Assembly (NCBI GenBank): GCA_963668625.2
Contig: CAXXKA010000008.1
Location: 1,152,001 to 1,216,000, forward strand
DNA: 64,000 bases
DNA from: an uncultured candidate division Zixibacteria bacterium
Lineage (GTDB): Bacteria > Zixibacteria > MSB-5A5 > UBA10806 > 4484-95
Direction: 5' to 3'
Below, one piece after another: positions 37,855 through 47,715 of the stretch. Both the position numbers and the translations under genes were made by a program. How positions within the stretch are numbered: the stretch's first letter is position 1; every line of letters begins with the position of its first letter. The notes under the pieces were generated by a model that did no database searches, had not been told where the DNA came from, and saw nothing but the letters and a program-made list of their open reading frames with translations.

Positions 37855-39078
37855 ATGAGTACGAATCAATCGGATATATCCAGGCGAGGTTTTCTTACGG
37901 CCTCACTTACGGGATTGGTTTCCGCCGGTATGGTCAGCCTTTCACCACAGGTACTTCTGGCACAGGATGATGCCGGAGATGAAGCCTCGGGAGAAATAAT
38001 CTATCGTACGCTTGGTAAAACCGGCATGAAAGTACCGATTGTAAGTTTAGGTGTCGGTGCGGTTGGTAGTCCTGCTATAGTCCAATCGGCATACGAACTG
38101 GGTATCCGTCTCTTTGATACCGCCGCCAATTACCAGAACGGCCGCAATGAGCAAATGCTGGGTAACGTGCTGGCTAAATTGAAAGCCAGAGAGAATTCGA
38201 TTATCAGCACAAAGATATTCGTAAGACCTCAGAGGGAGGGGGCTGAACCTGCAGTGCTGAAAAAGAAAGCTATATCGCTGGTGGATGGCAGCCTCAGGCG
38301 TTTGAAAACCGATTATATAGATATACTCTCGGTACATGATGTATCCTCGGTTGAGGATGTACAGCAGCCCGGAATGTTAGAGGCAATGATGAGCTTGAAA
38401 GAAAGCGGCAAGGTCAGGGCCATCGGCCTTACGACTCACTCCAACATGGCCGTCGTCCTAAACGAGGCAATAGCCAACGGTAACTGGGATGCTGTTGTGA
38501 CCTCGTTTAATTTCACGATGACCGAGGATGAGGAAATGATGACCGCGATTAAAAAAGCCTCCGCCAGCGGAATCGGTATCATTGCCATGAAAACTCAGGC
38601 GGGAGGCGCTAACTGGCCCAACCCGGAATCGAGACGAAATTACTCCAGTTCGACTATCAATAAGGCGGTTTTACGCTGGGTAATGAATAATGAATTCGTA
38701 CATACATGTATACCCGGTATGGGCAATTTCGATCACCTCAATGAGGATTGGGAGATAGCCGGTAACTTAAAATACACCGATGAGGAGAAAAAGCTATTAG
38801 GCGATAACTCGATCAAGCTGAGTTTGGGATTCTGCCGTCAGTGCAATCAATGCCTGGCCTCATGTCCTTACGATACCGATATACCGGGTTTGATGAGAAC
38901 CCACATGTACGCCAGCCAGTATAGCGACTTTTACAAAGCCAGAGCAACTTACGATGAAATCCCGAAACAGAGCAGTTTAGCGGCTTGCTCCGATTGCACT
39001 AGCTGCGTAGCACAATGTGCTCATAAATCGGTTGATATCGCCTCGAATATCGAAAATTTGAAGTTGCTGTACGCTTAG
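37855..39078 (+). CDS. Aldo/keto reductase with a Tat signal and C-terminal Fe-S dicluster-like domain
   Basis: SRRGFL; YRTLGKTG, FDTAANY, SL.RL.TDYID, AMK; CRQCNQC..CP and CSDCTSC...C. Confidence 0.88.
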   Translation: MSTNQSDISRRGFLTASLTGLVSAGMVSLSPQVLLAQDDAGDEASGEIIYRTLGKTGMKVPIVSLGVGAVGSPAIVQSAYELGIRLFDTAANYQNGRNEQMLGNVLAKLKARENSIISTKIFVRPQREGAEPAVLKKKAISLVDGSLRRLKTDYIDILSVHDVSSVEDVQQPGMLEAMMSLKESGKVRAIGLTTHSNMAVVLNEAIANGNWDAVVTSFNFTMTEDEEMMTAIKKASASGIGIIAMKTQAGGANWPNPESRRNYSSSTINKAVLRWVMNNEFVHTCIPGMGNFDHLNEDWEIAGNLKYTDEEKKLLGDNSIKLSLGFCRQCNQCLASCPYDTDIPGLMRTHMYASQYSDFYKARATYDEIPKQSSLAACSDCTSCVAQCAHKSVDIASNIENLKLLYA

Positions 39079-39101
39079 AGCTAATGCCCAACTATAGGTA
39101 T

Positions 39102-39129
39102 AAAAAAGGCCGGTTAACAAACCGGCCTT
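39102..39129. terminator. Bidirectional terminator
   Basis: AAGGCCGGTT-AACA-AACCGGCCTT between convergent genes, with an A run on the left. Confidence 0.75.
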
Positions 39130-39152
39130 CAGTTTTTCTATTCCTATTTACA

Positions 39153-40052
39153 CTACTGAATCAACCAATCATAAATTAAGGGTTTGACCTGTTCGGAATA
39201 ATTCACCACTCCCGCGATTTTGCCGTTTTTAATTCCGGCCAGCACCTGACCGTAATACGAATCCCTGGTGATCATTACTTTGCCGTTTGCATACGGCAGG
39301 TCTTTCACCTCTTTCATCCCGTTAGCATCGATTTCCGCTGAAGACATCCAGCTATCGAATGCCCGGCCGGCTTTGTCATCAGCTAAAAATAACTGCACGT
39401 TCTCGTTATCGAAATCGTAATCAACAGTGAAAACATCGTTCAAGCCGGCCTGGCCGAGGTACGATTCGGCTGATATTTTTTCCGAGTTAGGCTTTCTTTT
39501 CTCGATGGGAAACTTCGTGAACAATACCGGCAATGAGGTAGTACCCGTTATGACAGATTCGAATCCACCGGCCAATTCGGCCATGGCCTCGGTTGCCTCT
39601 GGAGTATTATCGTAGTTCAGTATTCGCACTATATACTTGCCCTTAACGAAATCGAAATTTGATTCCGAGGAATACCCCTGAACTCCTATATCTATCACCT
39701 CGATATTATCCGGCCTGAGCATGGAATACATTCCATATGCTCCCGTTGAATTATCGAACTCGTAGATATCCGCAACCATCTCGATATCACCGGCTTTAAA
39801 ATCCGCGGTCGATACTCGTGTAAAATCGTAAGTGTGCCAAACCTCCGCCCCGCCATTGATATACTCGTATAACGATTCGCCCTCGTAAGTACTCACCTCC
39901 GAGGCTATGCCGATATCGGCAAGCTTAATCGTTTTCAGTATCGTCTCCGGAGAATCAGCGGGTTTGGCGGCTTTTTCGGTACCACCTCCGCAGGAGGCGA
40001 TCAGTATCACTAACAAGCCCATTATAGCTATCGGTTTTATATATGAACTCAT
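39153..40052 (-). CDS. Lipoprotein (DUF6599-like)
   Basis: Lipobox IASC; LYEYINGGAE..., DIY.F.....AYG.YS. Confidence 0.7.
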   Translation of the reverse strand: MSSYIKPIAIMGLLVILIASCGGGTEKAAKPADSPETILKTIKLADIGIASEVSTYEGESLYEYINGGAEVWHTYDFTRVSTADFKAGDIEMVADIYEFDNSTGAYGMYSMLRPDNIEVIDIGVQGYSSESNFDFVKGKYIVRILNYDNTPEATEAMAELAGGFESVITGTTSLPVLFTKFPIEKRKPNSEKISAESYLGQAGLNDVFTVDYDFDNENVQLFLADDKAGRAFDSWMSSAEIDANGMKEVKDLPYANGKVMITRDSYYGQVLAGIKNGKIAGVVNYSEQVKPLIYDWLIQ

Positions 40053-40073
40053 TTTACACCTCGTGCTCACTTC

Positions 40074-41003
40074 TTACTTTGCCTCTTTCAGGTATTTGAA
40101 ATAATCGGAGTCGGTGGTGAGGATAAGCCAGGTATCCTCATCTATTGTCTCCGGGTAGCTTTCCAGCGCTTTCAAGAACGAGTAAAACTGCGGATCCTTG
40201 TTGTAAGCGGTGGCATAAATTTTAGTAGCCTCGCCATCCGCCTTACCTTTCACTTCCTCGGCTGTCTTATAAGCCTCGGAGGTAATTTTGCTCAGGTCTT
40301 TTTCCATATCACCGAGGATTCGCGAACGTCCGCCCTGTCCCTCGGAACGATATTCCTCGGCAATACGTTGGCGTTCGGCAATCATTCTCGAAAACACTTT
40401 TTCACGTACGCTTTCGACATAGTTGATATGCTTGATCTCGATATCGACCAATTCGATGCCATATTGAGGCGTCATCTCCGAGGCTTTACCGAGCATCAGT
40501 TTGACCAGGTCTTCTCGACCCATATCGATTTTCATGTCGATACGTTCGATCTCTTCGCCTTCCGATTGTACCAGCTCACGATTGGAGCTTCTGACAACCT
40601 CGAGCAACAATTGATCGGTTATATAGTCTCGCACAGCAGCATCGATAACGTTATCGAGCCTGGTTTGAGCACCGAGCTCATCACCGACGGATTGATAGAA
40701 TGTCAGCGGGTTGATAATCCGCCATCTGGCATAAGTATCTACCAGTATGAATTTTTTATCTTTCGTAGGAATCTGGGTTGCCCGGCCATCCCACTCCAGC
40801 ACTCGTTTTTCGAATGATGTTGCCTGCTGGGTTAGCGGTACTTTAAAATGCAAGCCCGGTTCGGTTACGACCGCCCTGGGCTCACCGAACTGGGTGATAA
40901 CCACCTGTTCACGTTGATCGACCACATAGGCTGACATCGAAAAAACGATAACAGCCAGAAGAATTACGATACCGGTAGCGATTAATTTAACATTATTCAT
41001 CAC
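40074..41003 (-). CDS. hflC: FtsH protease modulator HflC
   Basis: SPFH domain, TQFGEP, PGLHFK.P, RM.AER.R.A, FY.F..ALE.Y. Confidence 0.93.
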   Translation of the reverse strand: MMNNVKLIATGIVILLAVIVFSMSAYVVDQREQVVITQFGEPRAVVTEPGLHFKVPLTQQATSFEKRVLEWDGRATQIPTKDKKFILVDTYARWRIINPLTFYQSVGDELGAQTRLDNVIDAAVRDYITDQLLLEVVRSSNRELVQSEGEEIERIDMKIDMGREDLVKLMLGKASEMTPQYGIELVDIEIKHINYVESVREKVFSRMIAERQRIAEEYRSEGQGGRSRILGDMEKDLSKITSEAYKTAEEVKGKADGEATKIYATAYNKDPQFYSFLKALESYPETIDEDTWLILTTDSDYFKYLKEAK

Positions 41004-42001
41004 TTACCTCCCTTCCCGGTAAGGCCTTCACCGGATAAAGGCAGTAGTCGCAATACCCCGTTTTCATCCTCATCTATAATGTATTTATTTTTAACTTTAG
41101 GCAATACCTTGCTCATCGTTTCCAGGTAGATACGCCTGCGCGTAACATCCTTGGCGTTGACATACTGCTTCCATAAATCGATAAACCTGGAAGCATCTCC
41201 CTGGGCTCGATTGATCCTGTTAATGGCATATCCTTCAGCTTCCTTAATAACTTTCTCGGCATCGCCTCTGGCCTTGGGGATGATCGTGTTATATTCAGTC
41301 ATGGCCTCGTTGATCAACTGCTCTTTTTCCTGCTTGGCTTCGTTAACCGCGTTAAACGCAGGCTTGACCGGATCGGGCGGGGTGACATCCTGAAGCTTAA
41401 CCGTCACCACCTTGATACCGGATTCGTAACGATCAAGAAGTTCCTGCATCTTTAGCGTAGCCACATCGCCGACCTCCATACGCTCGATAGTTAACACGCC
41501 GTCAACGCTCCTATCGCCGATAATCATTCGCATGGCCGCCTCGGAGACATCACGAATTGTCTCCTCGACATTACGAACATTGAACAGATAATTACGCGGA
41601 TCACTGATCTTGTACTGGACGATCCAGTCAACATCGACCACGTTCAAATCACCGGTCAGCATCAATGACTCATCCTGGTAGCTGCCTTTCGAACGTTGGG
41701 TGCGTATGCCTGGTTTCGAGGTGCGGAATCCGAACTCCTGGGTCAGGATTCTCCTGGCCGCCACTTTCGTCACTTTCTCTATACCGATCGGTAGTTTCAT
41801 GTGAAGACCCGGTTCCGTTGTTTTCACGTACTTACCGAATCTCTGAACGACGCCGACCGATTCGGTGCCAACCGAGTAAAACATCGATGACAATCCAATA
41901 AGCGCAACAATTGCTATTATGATGTACACTCCCGGTTTGGTGTAGTTGCGCCGTGGGATACGTCTAAGGTAATCCTCGATATTTTCCTTTTCAAAATCCA
42001 T
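41000..42001 (-). CDS. hflK: FtsH protease modulator HflK
   Basis: GVV.RFG, PGLH.K.P, MLTGD.N, PP..V..AF..V, T..R.YLE.M. Confidence 0.93.
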   Translation of the reverse strand: MDFEKENIEDYLRRIPRRNYTKPGVYIIIAIVALIGLSSMFYSVGTESVGVVQRFGKYVKTTEPGLHMKLPIGIEKVTKVAARRILTQEFGFRTSKPGIRTQRSKGSYQDESLMLTGDLNVVDVDWIVQYKISDPRNYLFNVRNVEETIRDVSEAAMRMIIGDRSVDGVLTIERMEVGDVATLKMQELLDRYESGIKVVTVKLQDVTPPDPVKPAFNAVNEAKQEKEQLINEAMTEYNTIIPKARGDAEKVIKEAEGYAINRINRAQGDASRFIDLWKQYVNAKDVTRRRIYLETMSKVLPKVKNKYIIDEDENGVLRLLPLSGEGLTGKGGK

Positions 42002-42475
42002 TAAACCTCCGTTATTTTTCAATTCATATATAGTAACTTAAAACAACAGCCAATTGTTTACAAGTTATATCTACCATTATTACACGTTGGGGGAGATAGT
42101 ATTCAAAGCGATTTCCTCACTCAAGAAATGAGTAGCGCAATGATGTACACTGTGCTGCGATAGGGCTGGATTACTGCAAAATCTACACTCCGAGTCTCTG
42201 GGTGTCTTTTCCCGGCGACATTCTGCATGAATTCCGTTGGCAGGAAAGGATGAATCATGGACTTCGTTGCTTGGCGCCTCAGCCAGGCTATTTGACAATC
42301 CCGGTGTTTCGCAACGAGATGGTAAAAACCTGGCACTAATGAGCTGAATTGGTAATTTTGAACGTCAAATATTAAATTGTAATATGAACAGGATTAGAAA
42401 ATAAATTTATGTAAGATATAAACAGGAGCGATCAATAAAACACTACTGCTCGGGGCAATCAAGTGCTCAGTAACG

Positions 42476-44131
42476 TTATTTAGCTATGCGTTCGGTAGCC
42501 TCATCCATAGTTTTTGACATACTGCCGTATTTCGAGGAATCGGCCGGAGACCATTCGCCTATATGTTCTGAGAATGTCTTGCAGATACCTTTCGATTTAT
42601 ATTTCTCGTACGAGTTATACTGCCAGCCCATGTAATCCGAACCTCCGCCGCCGACAGTCGTTACCAGGAAACGATTGCCGACATGACCGATATATCGCGC
42701 CTGACCTGCAGGCCAGTCCTGATCGCCGCCTGAGGGATCGACGGGCAGCCAGCCGATTTTCGGTAAATACACCTGGCACCAGCGATGGAAAACATCATCC
42801 GCCGAGGCCAGGTCACCTCGCTGGACGATCGAACCCTCGTAGCGGGCCGGAAGTCCGGCCGCTCTGCACATGGCGATAAATACGAACGAGTATTCCGAGC
42901 ATGAGCCGTTGCCGCGTTCTAACACTGTCGGCGCGATATTCCAGCCGCCGGCAAGCTCGTAATACATATTATCGATTATATAGCGGTATATTTTCCTCAT
43001 CATCCAGTAAGGATTAGTCTCATCCCCGATTGCGGCGGTAACCGCTTTTTTGATAGTCTCGGAATCTATAGCGAACTTGCTATCATTTATCAGGTACTGT
43101 TTTTTGATATCTTTTGGGATGTCCTTAAGCTTGCCGACATTCTCGGGCGTCACCATCATCCAGTGATCGTAAATTTTAGCGGTGGTTTTATATGCCGCCT
43201 GTACCATCTCGCCGGGACCTACCTCATCGAAATGAAAGCTAGCGACTTTCAACCCCCACTTATCCTCTATTATTTCATGCTTGGCCGAACTCATGTACAC
43301 CGGAGCGTCCAGTAGCTCCTGATGCGGCGAGTTCTGGGGGACGGCCAGGTAAATATCCAAATCGATAATCGTGCCCGGGCCGTAATTTCTGAATTGATGA
43401 GTGTATTCGCAATACTCGTATACCGGATCGGTCGTGTAGTTTATCTCATCATCTTTCGTGATAATCGTGTATATCGAATCGGATTGATAATCGGCGCAGT
43501 ACAGCTTGCCATCACGATATGCCAGCCCCCAGGCGTAGGCATCAGGCGAATCGAACATCAGTATAACCTCACCCGTTTCCGGCCATACCATGTAGATGCG
43601 GTCGGCGCTTCTATCGCTTACCCAGAGGTAAACACCATCATAGGCCAACCCGGTCGGGTTGCTCGATGGCGATTTCAGTTCCTTGATAGTAGTTCCGTCC
43701 TCGGTGGATATTTGCAGTAGTTGATCCGCTTTCGAATCGGCCAGCCATAAATATTGACCATCCCAGGCTAAACCTCTGGGGCTTTGCGCCGGGCACCAGA
43801 TCGTTTTTCGGGCGACCTGTGTCTCGTAGTCGAGCTGAATTATTTCCTCATCCTCCGAATCGATGACCCATAGATATTTACCATCATAGGTAAGACCCTC
43901 CGGCCTGTAACCCGGCGCGGTTATTTCAGAGATAATTTCTCCCGTACCTGGTTTCAACTTGTAGATCATATCAGTTTTGCTGTCGACTACATACAGGTAT
44001 TCGCCATCGGTGGCCATTCCTGCCGGGCAGCTTTTCGGCGTCGGATAGCTATTTACTATATCACCGGTGACAGCGTTAACGGTAGTTGATAATAAAATCA
44101 AAATTGCGGCAATTAAGAGATTTCTCATCAT
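42476..44131 (-). CDS. Exported beta-propeller + transglutaminase-like protein
   Basis: Signal peptide; repeated P.GL..DG.YLW..D blades; GSCSEYS, FHRW, W.PVDP triad. Confidence 0.82.
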   Translation of the reverse strand: MMRNLLIAAILILLSTTVNAVTGDIVNSYPTPKSCPAGMATDGEYLYVVDSKTDMIYKLKPGTGEIISEITAPGYRPEGLTYDGKYLWVIDSEDEEIIQLDYETQVARKTIWCPAQSPRGLAWDGQYLWLADSKADQLLQISTEDGTTIKELKSPSSNPTGLAYDGVYLWVSDRSADRIYMVWPETGEVILMFDSPDAYAWGLAYRDGKLYCADYQSDSIYTIITKDDEINYTTDPVYEYCEYTHQFRNYGPGTIIDLDIYLAVPQNSPHQELLDAPVYMSSAKHEIIEDKWGLKVASFHFDEVGPGEMVQAAYKTTAKIYDHWMMVTPENVGKLKDIPKDIKKQYLINDSKFAIDSETIKKAVTAAIGDETNPYWMMRKIYRYIIDNMYYELAGGWNIAPTVLERGNGSCSEYSFVFIAMCRAAGLPARYEGSIVQRGDLASADDVFHRWCQVYLPKIGWLPVDPSGGDQDWPAGQARYIGHVGNRFLVTTVGGGGSDYMGWQYNSYEKYKSKGICKTFSEHIGEWSPADSSKYGSMSKTMDEATERIAK

Positions 44132-44433
44132 ATCCTCCTGATTTTACGTGATATATATGATAATTTCGATGATTACGACAAGTGGAATTCAAACGGTTAA
44201 AATTCTTTAAGGGATGATTTGCATTAAGGGGGATATCGGGTTACCTGAGAATGATCAGTAACGATTAAGCTGTCTTGACCTATCTCCGGTTCCTTTCGAT
44301 GACTTTTTCGACAATCACCTTCAAAAAAATATATAATATGTTGGAATATTTTTACATTTTAGAGAGTATAACAGTTAAAGATCGGGAAATTCGGATTATC
44401 ATAATTATATGATGAGTATTGAGGAGGATGACA

Positions 44434-46647
44434 ATGAAACGAATTATTAACGCGTTTTTTATCATGCTGTTATTGGGAGGCGCGTGCCTGGCTGACGGTG
44501 TATTGATACCCCGACCCATCCGGCCTATGCCGCGCGATTTTCCACATAATCCACTGCTTAACGTGAAATATCATCACGTTTTAGTTGAAATCGACGACCC
44601 GGTGGCGGTCACCAAAATCGATCAGGTGTTTGCCAACCCCTATAATCGTGAATTGGAAGCCGACTATATGTTCCCCATTCCCGAAGGGGCGGTCATCAAT
44701 GGTTTCACCGCTTATTTGAACGGTACCGAGATGAATGCCGAGCTTCTTGATGCCGATGACGCCCGGCGTATATACGAGGATATAGTTCGTAAACGCAAAG
44801 ACCCGGCCTTGCTGGAATATGCAGACAGAGGCATGTACCGTTTACGAGTCTATCCCATACCGGCCAGAGGCGAGGTCAGGATCAAGATAGAGTACAAGCA
44901 AACCTTGACCGCCGACTACGGCAATGTCGAATATATCTATCCGCTCAATACCGAAAAATACTCCGGCGCGAATCTCGATGATTGCCGGGTGGAGATCAAG
45001 CTGAAGTCGTTCGAGAATATCGGTTCGGTATATTGCCCCAGCCACGATATCAGCTCCGATAGAATAAACGAGAAGGAATTCAAAATCGTTTATCATGATG
45101 AGAACGTCAGGCCGGATAAAGACCTGGCACTATATTTCACTCGTCAGCAAAAAGATTTCGGTTTTCATATGCTCAGTTTCAGGGAGAAGCGAAATGATAA
45201 AGGTTATTTCATAGGTATACTCTCGCCGCCACTGGATTCGAACCTGCCTCATATTCCGAAGAACCTGCTGTTCGTTTTGGATAGCTCCGGCAGTATGAAA
45301 GGCGAGAAATTCGAGCAGGCTATGTCGGCGATGGAGTTCGTGCTGCGAGATCTTAAGGCAGAGGATAAATTCAATATCATAGACTATGACGATGAGATCA
45401 GGCCGTATAAAGATGGACTGGTCGAGGCCGACAAAGCCAATATCAACGAGGCAATCGAGTTCGCCAAAGATAGTTTTGAGGCCAACGGCGGAACTAATAT
45501 TTACGAGGCGCTGGAAATAGCCTGCGGAATGATTCCCCGAGGAGATACGCCTACGTATATATTGTTTTTAACCGATGGTTTGCCTACAGTAGGGCAACGC
45601 GATATCGATAAGATAGTGAAAAATACCAGCAAGTTAAATGAGGCGCGTGCCCGGTTATTTGCTTTCGGTGTCGGCTATGATGTCAACACGGTGTTGCTTG
45701 ACCGTCTGGCCGAGGAGAACCATGGTCTGCCCGAGTATGTTTCTCCCGATGAGGATATCGAGGTAAAAGTATCTCATCTGGCAACCAGGATTAGCCGCCC
45801 GGCATTAACCGATATCAAGCTTGCATTCGCTAATGCCGGCAGCGAGATGCTTTACCCCAATCCGTTACCGGATTTATTTTATGGTTCGGAGATGATTATT
45901 TCAGGTCGATATACCGGAGATGGTGACGATCAGGCGATCATTACCGGCAAGATTGCGGGCAAGGAGAAAATATACGAGTTCCCGGTTAAATTCCGAAGAG
46001 GTTCGGCAAAAGATGAATTCATTGCTCTCCTGTGGGCGAACAGGCGAATAGGATATCTGACCCAGCAGATAAGACTTCACGGAGAGGATGATGAGCTTAT
46101 CGATGAGATAGTCGTGCTTTCCAAGAGATACGGTATTATAACCGACTACACCTCGTTCCTCGTTACCGGGGATGATGTTCATGCCGCCGAGGATTTATAT
46201 TTCCGTGGCAGTAGAGCGGCTGCGCAAGAATCATTCAAGAGTAATCTTAAAAGTAACTACTACATGGAATCGGGGCATACCGCGTTTAATCAGTCATCCA
46301 ACAACAGCAAGATGCAGCAAAGCGGTCAGGTGAATAAATCATACGCTATCGATTTGGATGAATCACGCGTTCAGAGCCAGTACTCGCAAGTAGGAGCGCA
46401 GAATTTCGTCAACTTGAGCGGCAACTGGATACAGGCCGATTTACCCGAGGATAAATACGATATCGAAATAAAGAATTTCTCCACCGCTTATTTTAAAGTT
46501 CTCGAACAGGATCCCTCATTGGGAAGATACCTCGGGTTAGGTGATAATGTCAGGGTACAGATTGGAACGCAGGTAGTTCAGTTCTCCGATGACGGGCAGG
46601 AGACGATTACCGAAAGTGAATTGAAGCTTCTATTCCCGGGTATTTGA
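44434..46647 (+). CDS. Exported VIT + von Willebrand factor A domain protein
   Basis: DQ.F.NP....LEA.Y.FP.P, DPALLEY, MIDAS DSSGSM, GGT, LTDG.P, T.YTS.LV. Confidence 0.88.
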   Translation: MKRIINAFFIMLLLGGACLADGVLIPRPIRPMPRDFPHNPLLNVKYHHVLVEIDDPVAVTKIDQVFANPYNRELEADYMFPIPEGAVINGFTAYLNGTEMNAELLDADDARRIYEDIVRKRKDPALLEYADRGMYRLRVYPIPARGEVRIKIEYKQTLTADYGNVEYIYPLNTEKYSGANLDDCRVEIKLKSFENIGSVYCPSHDISSDRINEKEFKIVYHDENVRPDKDLALYFTRQQKDFGFHMLSFREKRNDKGYFIGILSPPLDSNLPHIPKNLLFVLDSSGSMKGEKFEQAMSAMEFVLRDLKAEDKFNIIDYDDEIRPYKDGLVEADKANINEAIEFAKDSFEANGGTNIYEALEIACGMIPRGDTPTYILFLTDGLPTVGQRDIDKIVKNTSKLNEARARLFAFGVGYDVNTVLLDRLAEENHGLPEYVSPDEDIEVKVSHLATRISRPALTDIKLAFANAGSEMLYPNPLPDLFYGSEMIISGRYTGDGDDQAIITGKIAGKEKIYEFPVKFRRGSAKDEFIALLWANRRIGYLTQQIRLHGEDDELIDEIVVLSKRYGIITDYTSFLVTGDDVHAAEDLYFRGSRAAAQESFKSNLKSNYYMESGHTAFNQSSNNSKMQQSGQVNKSYAIDLDESRVQSQYSQVGAQNFVNLSGNWIQADLPEDKYDIEIKNFSTAYFKVLEQDPSLGRYLGLGDNVRVQIGTQVVQFSDDGQETITESELKLLFPGI

Positions 46648-46659
46648 AATATATGATCC

Positions 46660-46690
46660 GGCAGGTCGTGGAATTTGCGACCTGCCTTTA
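46660..46690 (+). terminator. Probable terminator
   Basis: GGCAGGTCGT...GCGACCTGCC followed by TTT. Confidence 0.55.
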
Positions 46691-46823
46691 ATACTGATTT
46701 TCGTTAAATATTGGTTCCAATATTCTGTTTTGAGTTACTGACATTTTTACTGCAATTGGAGAGTATTCATTTCGTAAACAACTATTCCGATTGACATAAT
46801 CTGATTATTACTTAAATTTAACA

Positions 46824-47015
46824 ATGAATGTTAATGACGTTATTCCCTTGAAGGATGTATGGAAAAAACTGATGACGTTATTAATCATAGTTTTACCGGC
46901 AGTGTCGCTAAATACTGATAGCGGCAGATTCGAGCAAAGCGAAGATGGTTGGCAGACTTTTAATATGGGTGGTATCCCGCAAAGTAGTTTATTTCTACCA
47001 CCTGCTGGCCGATAA
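46824..47015 (+). CDS. Small hypothetical protein (63 aa), possibly leaderless
   Basis: TTGACA-16-TAAATT ends 5 nt before the ATG; one hydrophobic segment. Confidence 0.35.
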   Translation: MNVNDVIPLKDVWKKLMTLLIIVLPAVSLNTDSGRFEQSEDGWQTFNMGGIPQSSLFLPPAGR

Positions 47016-47061
47016 CATTACTGAAACCCGTAAAATGCCGATGATGAAATAAATCGTATTC

Positions 47062-47715
47062 ATGAAAAACAAAGCTGCAATATTTTTAAACGGCGCGTAT
47101 CCGCCGGATCATAGCTACTTCTACATCCATGAGTACAAGCGCGCCGGGGACGACAGCGTAATTATAGTTGCCGACGGTGGACTTCAGTTTTTTATCAATC
47201 ATGAGATCGCGCCCGACTTGATAATCGGTGATTGGGATTCGGCCGATATCGAGACTGTAAAATCTTATCCCAAAGCGGTTACAATAAGCGTACCCTCCGA
47301 GGGAAAAGACTACACCGATACCGAACTGGCGCTAAACTGGTGCCTGGAGAATGGCGTGAAAGATATCACGCTTTACGGCGGAGTGGATAACTCATTCGAG
47401 ACCGATCAAATGCTCGGTAATGTGTTTTTAATGTTTACCTACAAAGACAGATTCAATTCTATCAAGATGCGCGATTATTGCCAGGAGATAGTTCCCCTAA
47501 TTGATGAATGTTATACCGGGAACGGGACTGAGGATGATATGCTTTCGGTTGTTCCCGTTTCGGAACATATAGTGCTTTCAGGGGATGGTTTGAAATACGA
47601 TCCCAGCGGCAAGACTTACGCGTTAGGGCAGACTACCTCGCTGAGGAATCAATTAGCTGATGCTGTTTTTCATATCGAATTGAAAGGCAAAGGTATACTG
47701 ATACATCATTTCTAA
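47062..47715 (+). CDS. thiN: Thiamine diphosphokinase
   Basis: ADGG, PD.IIGD.DS, KDYTD.ELAL, GL.Y, RN. Confidence 0.9.
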   Translation: MKNKAAIFLNGAYPPDHSYFYIHEYKRAGDDSVIIVADGGLQFFINHEIAPDLIIGDWDSADIETVKSYPKAVTISVPSEGKDYTDTELALNWCLENGVKDITLYGGVDNSFETDQMLGNVFLMFTYKDRFNSIKMRDYCQEIVPLIDECYTGNGTEDDMLSVVPVSEHIVLSGDGLKYDPSGKTYALGQTTSLRNQLADAVFHIELKGKGILIHHF

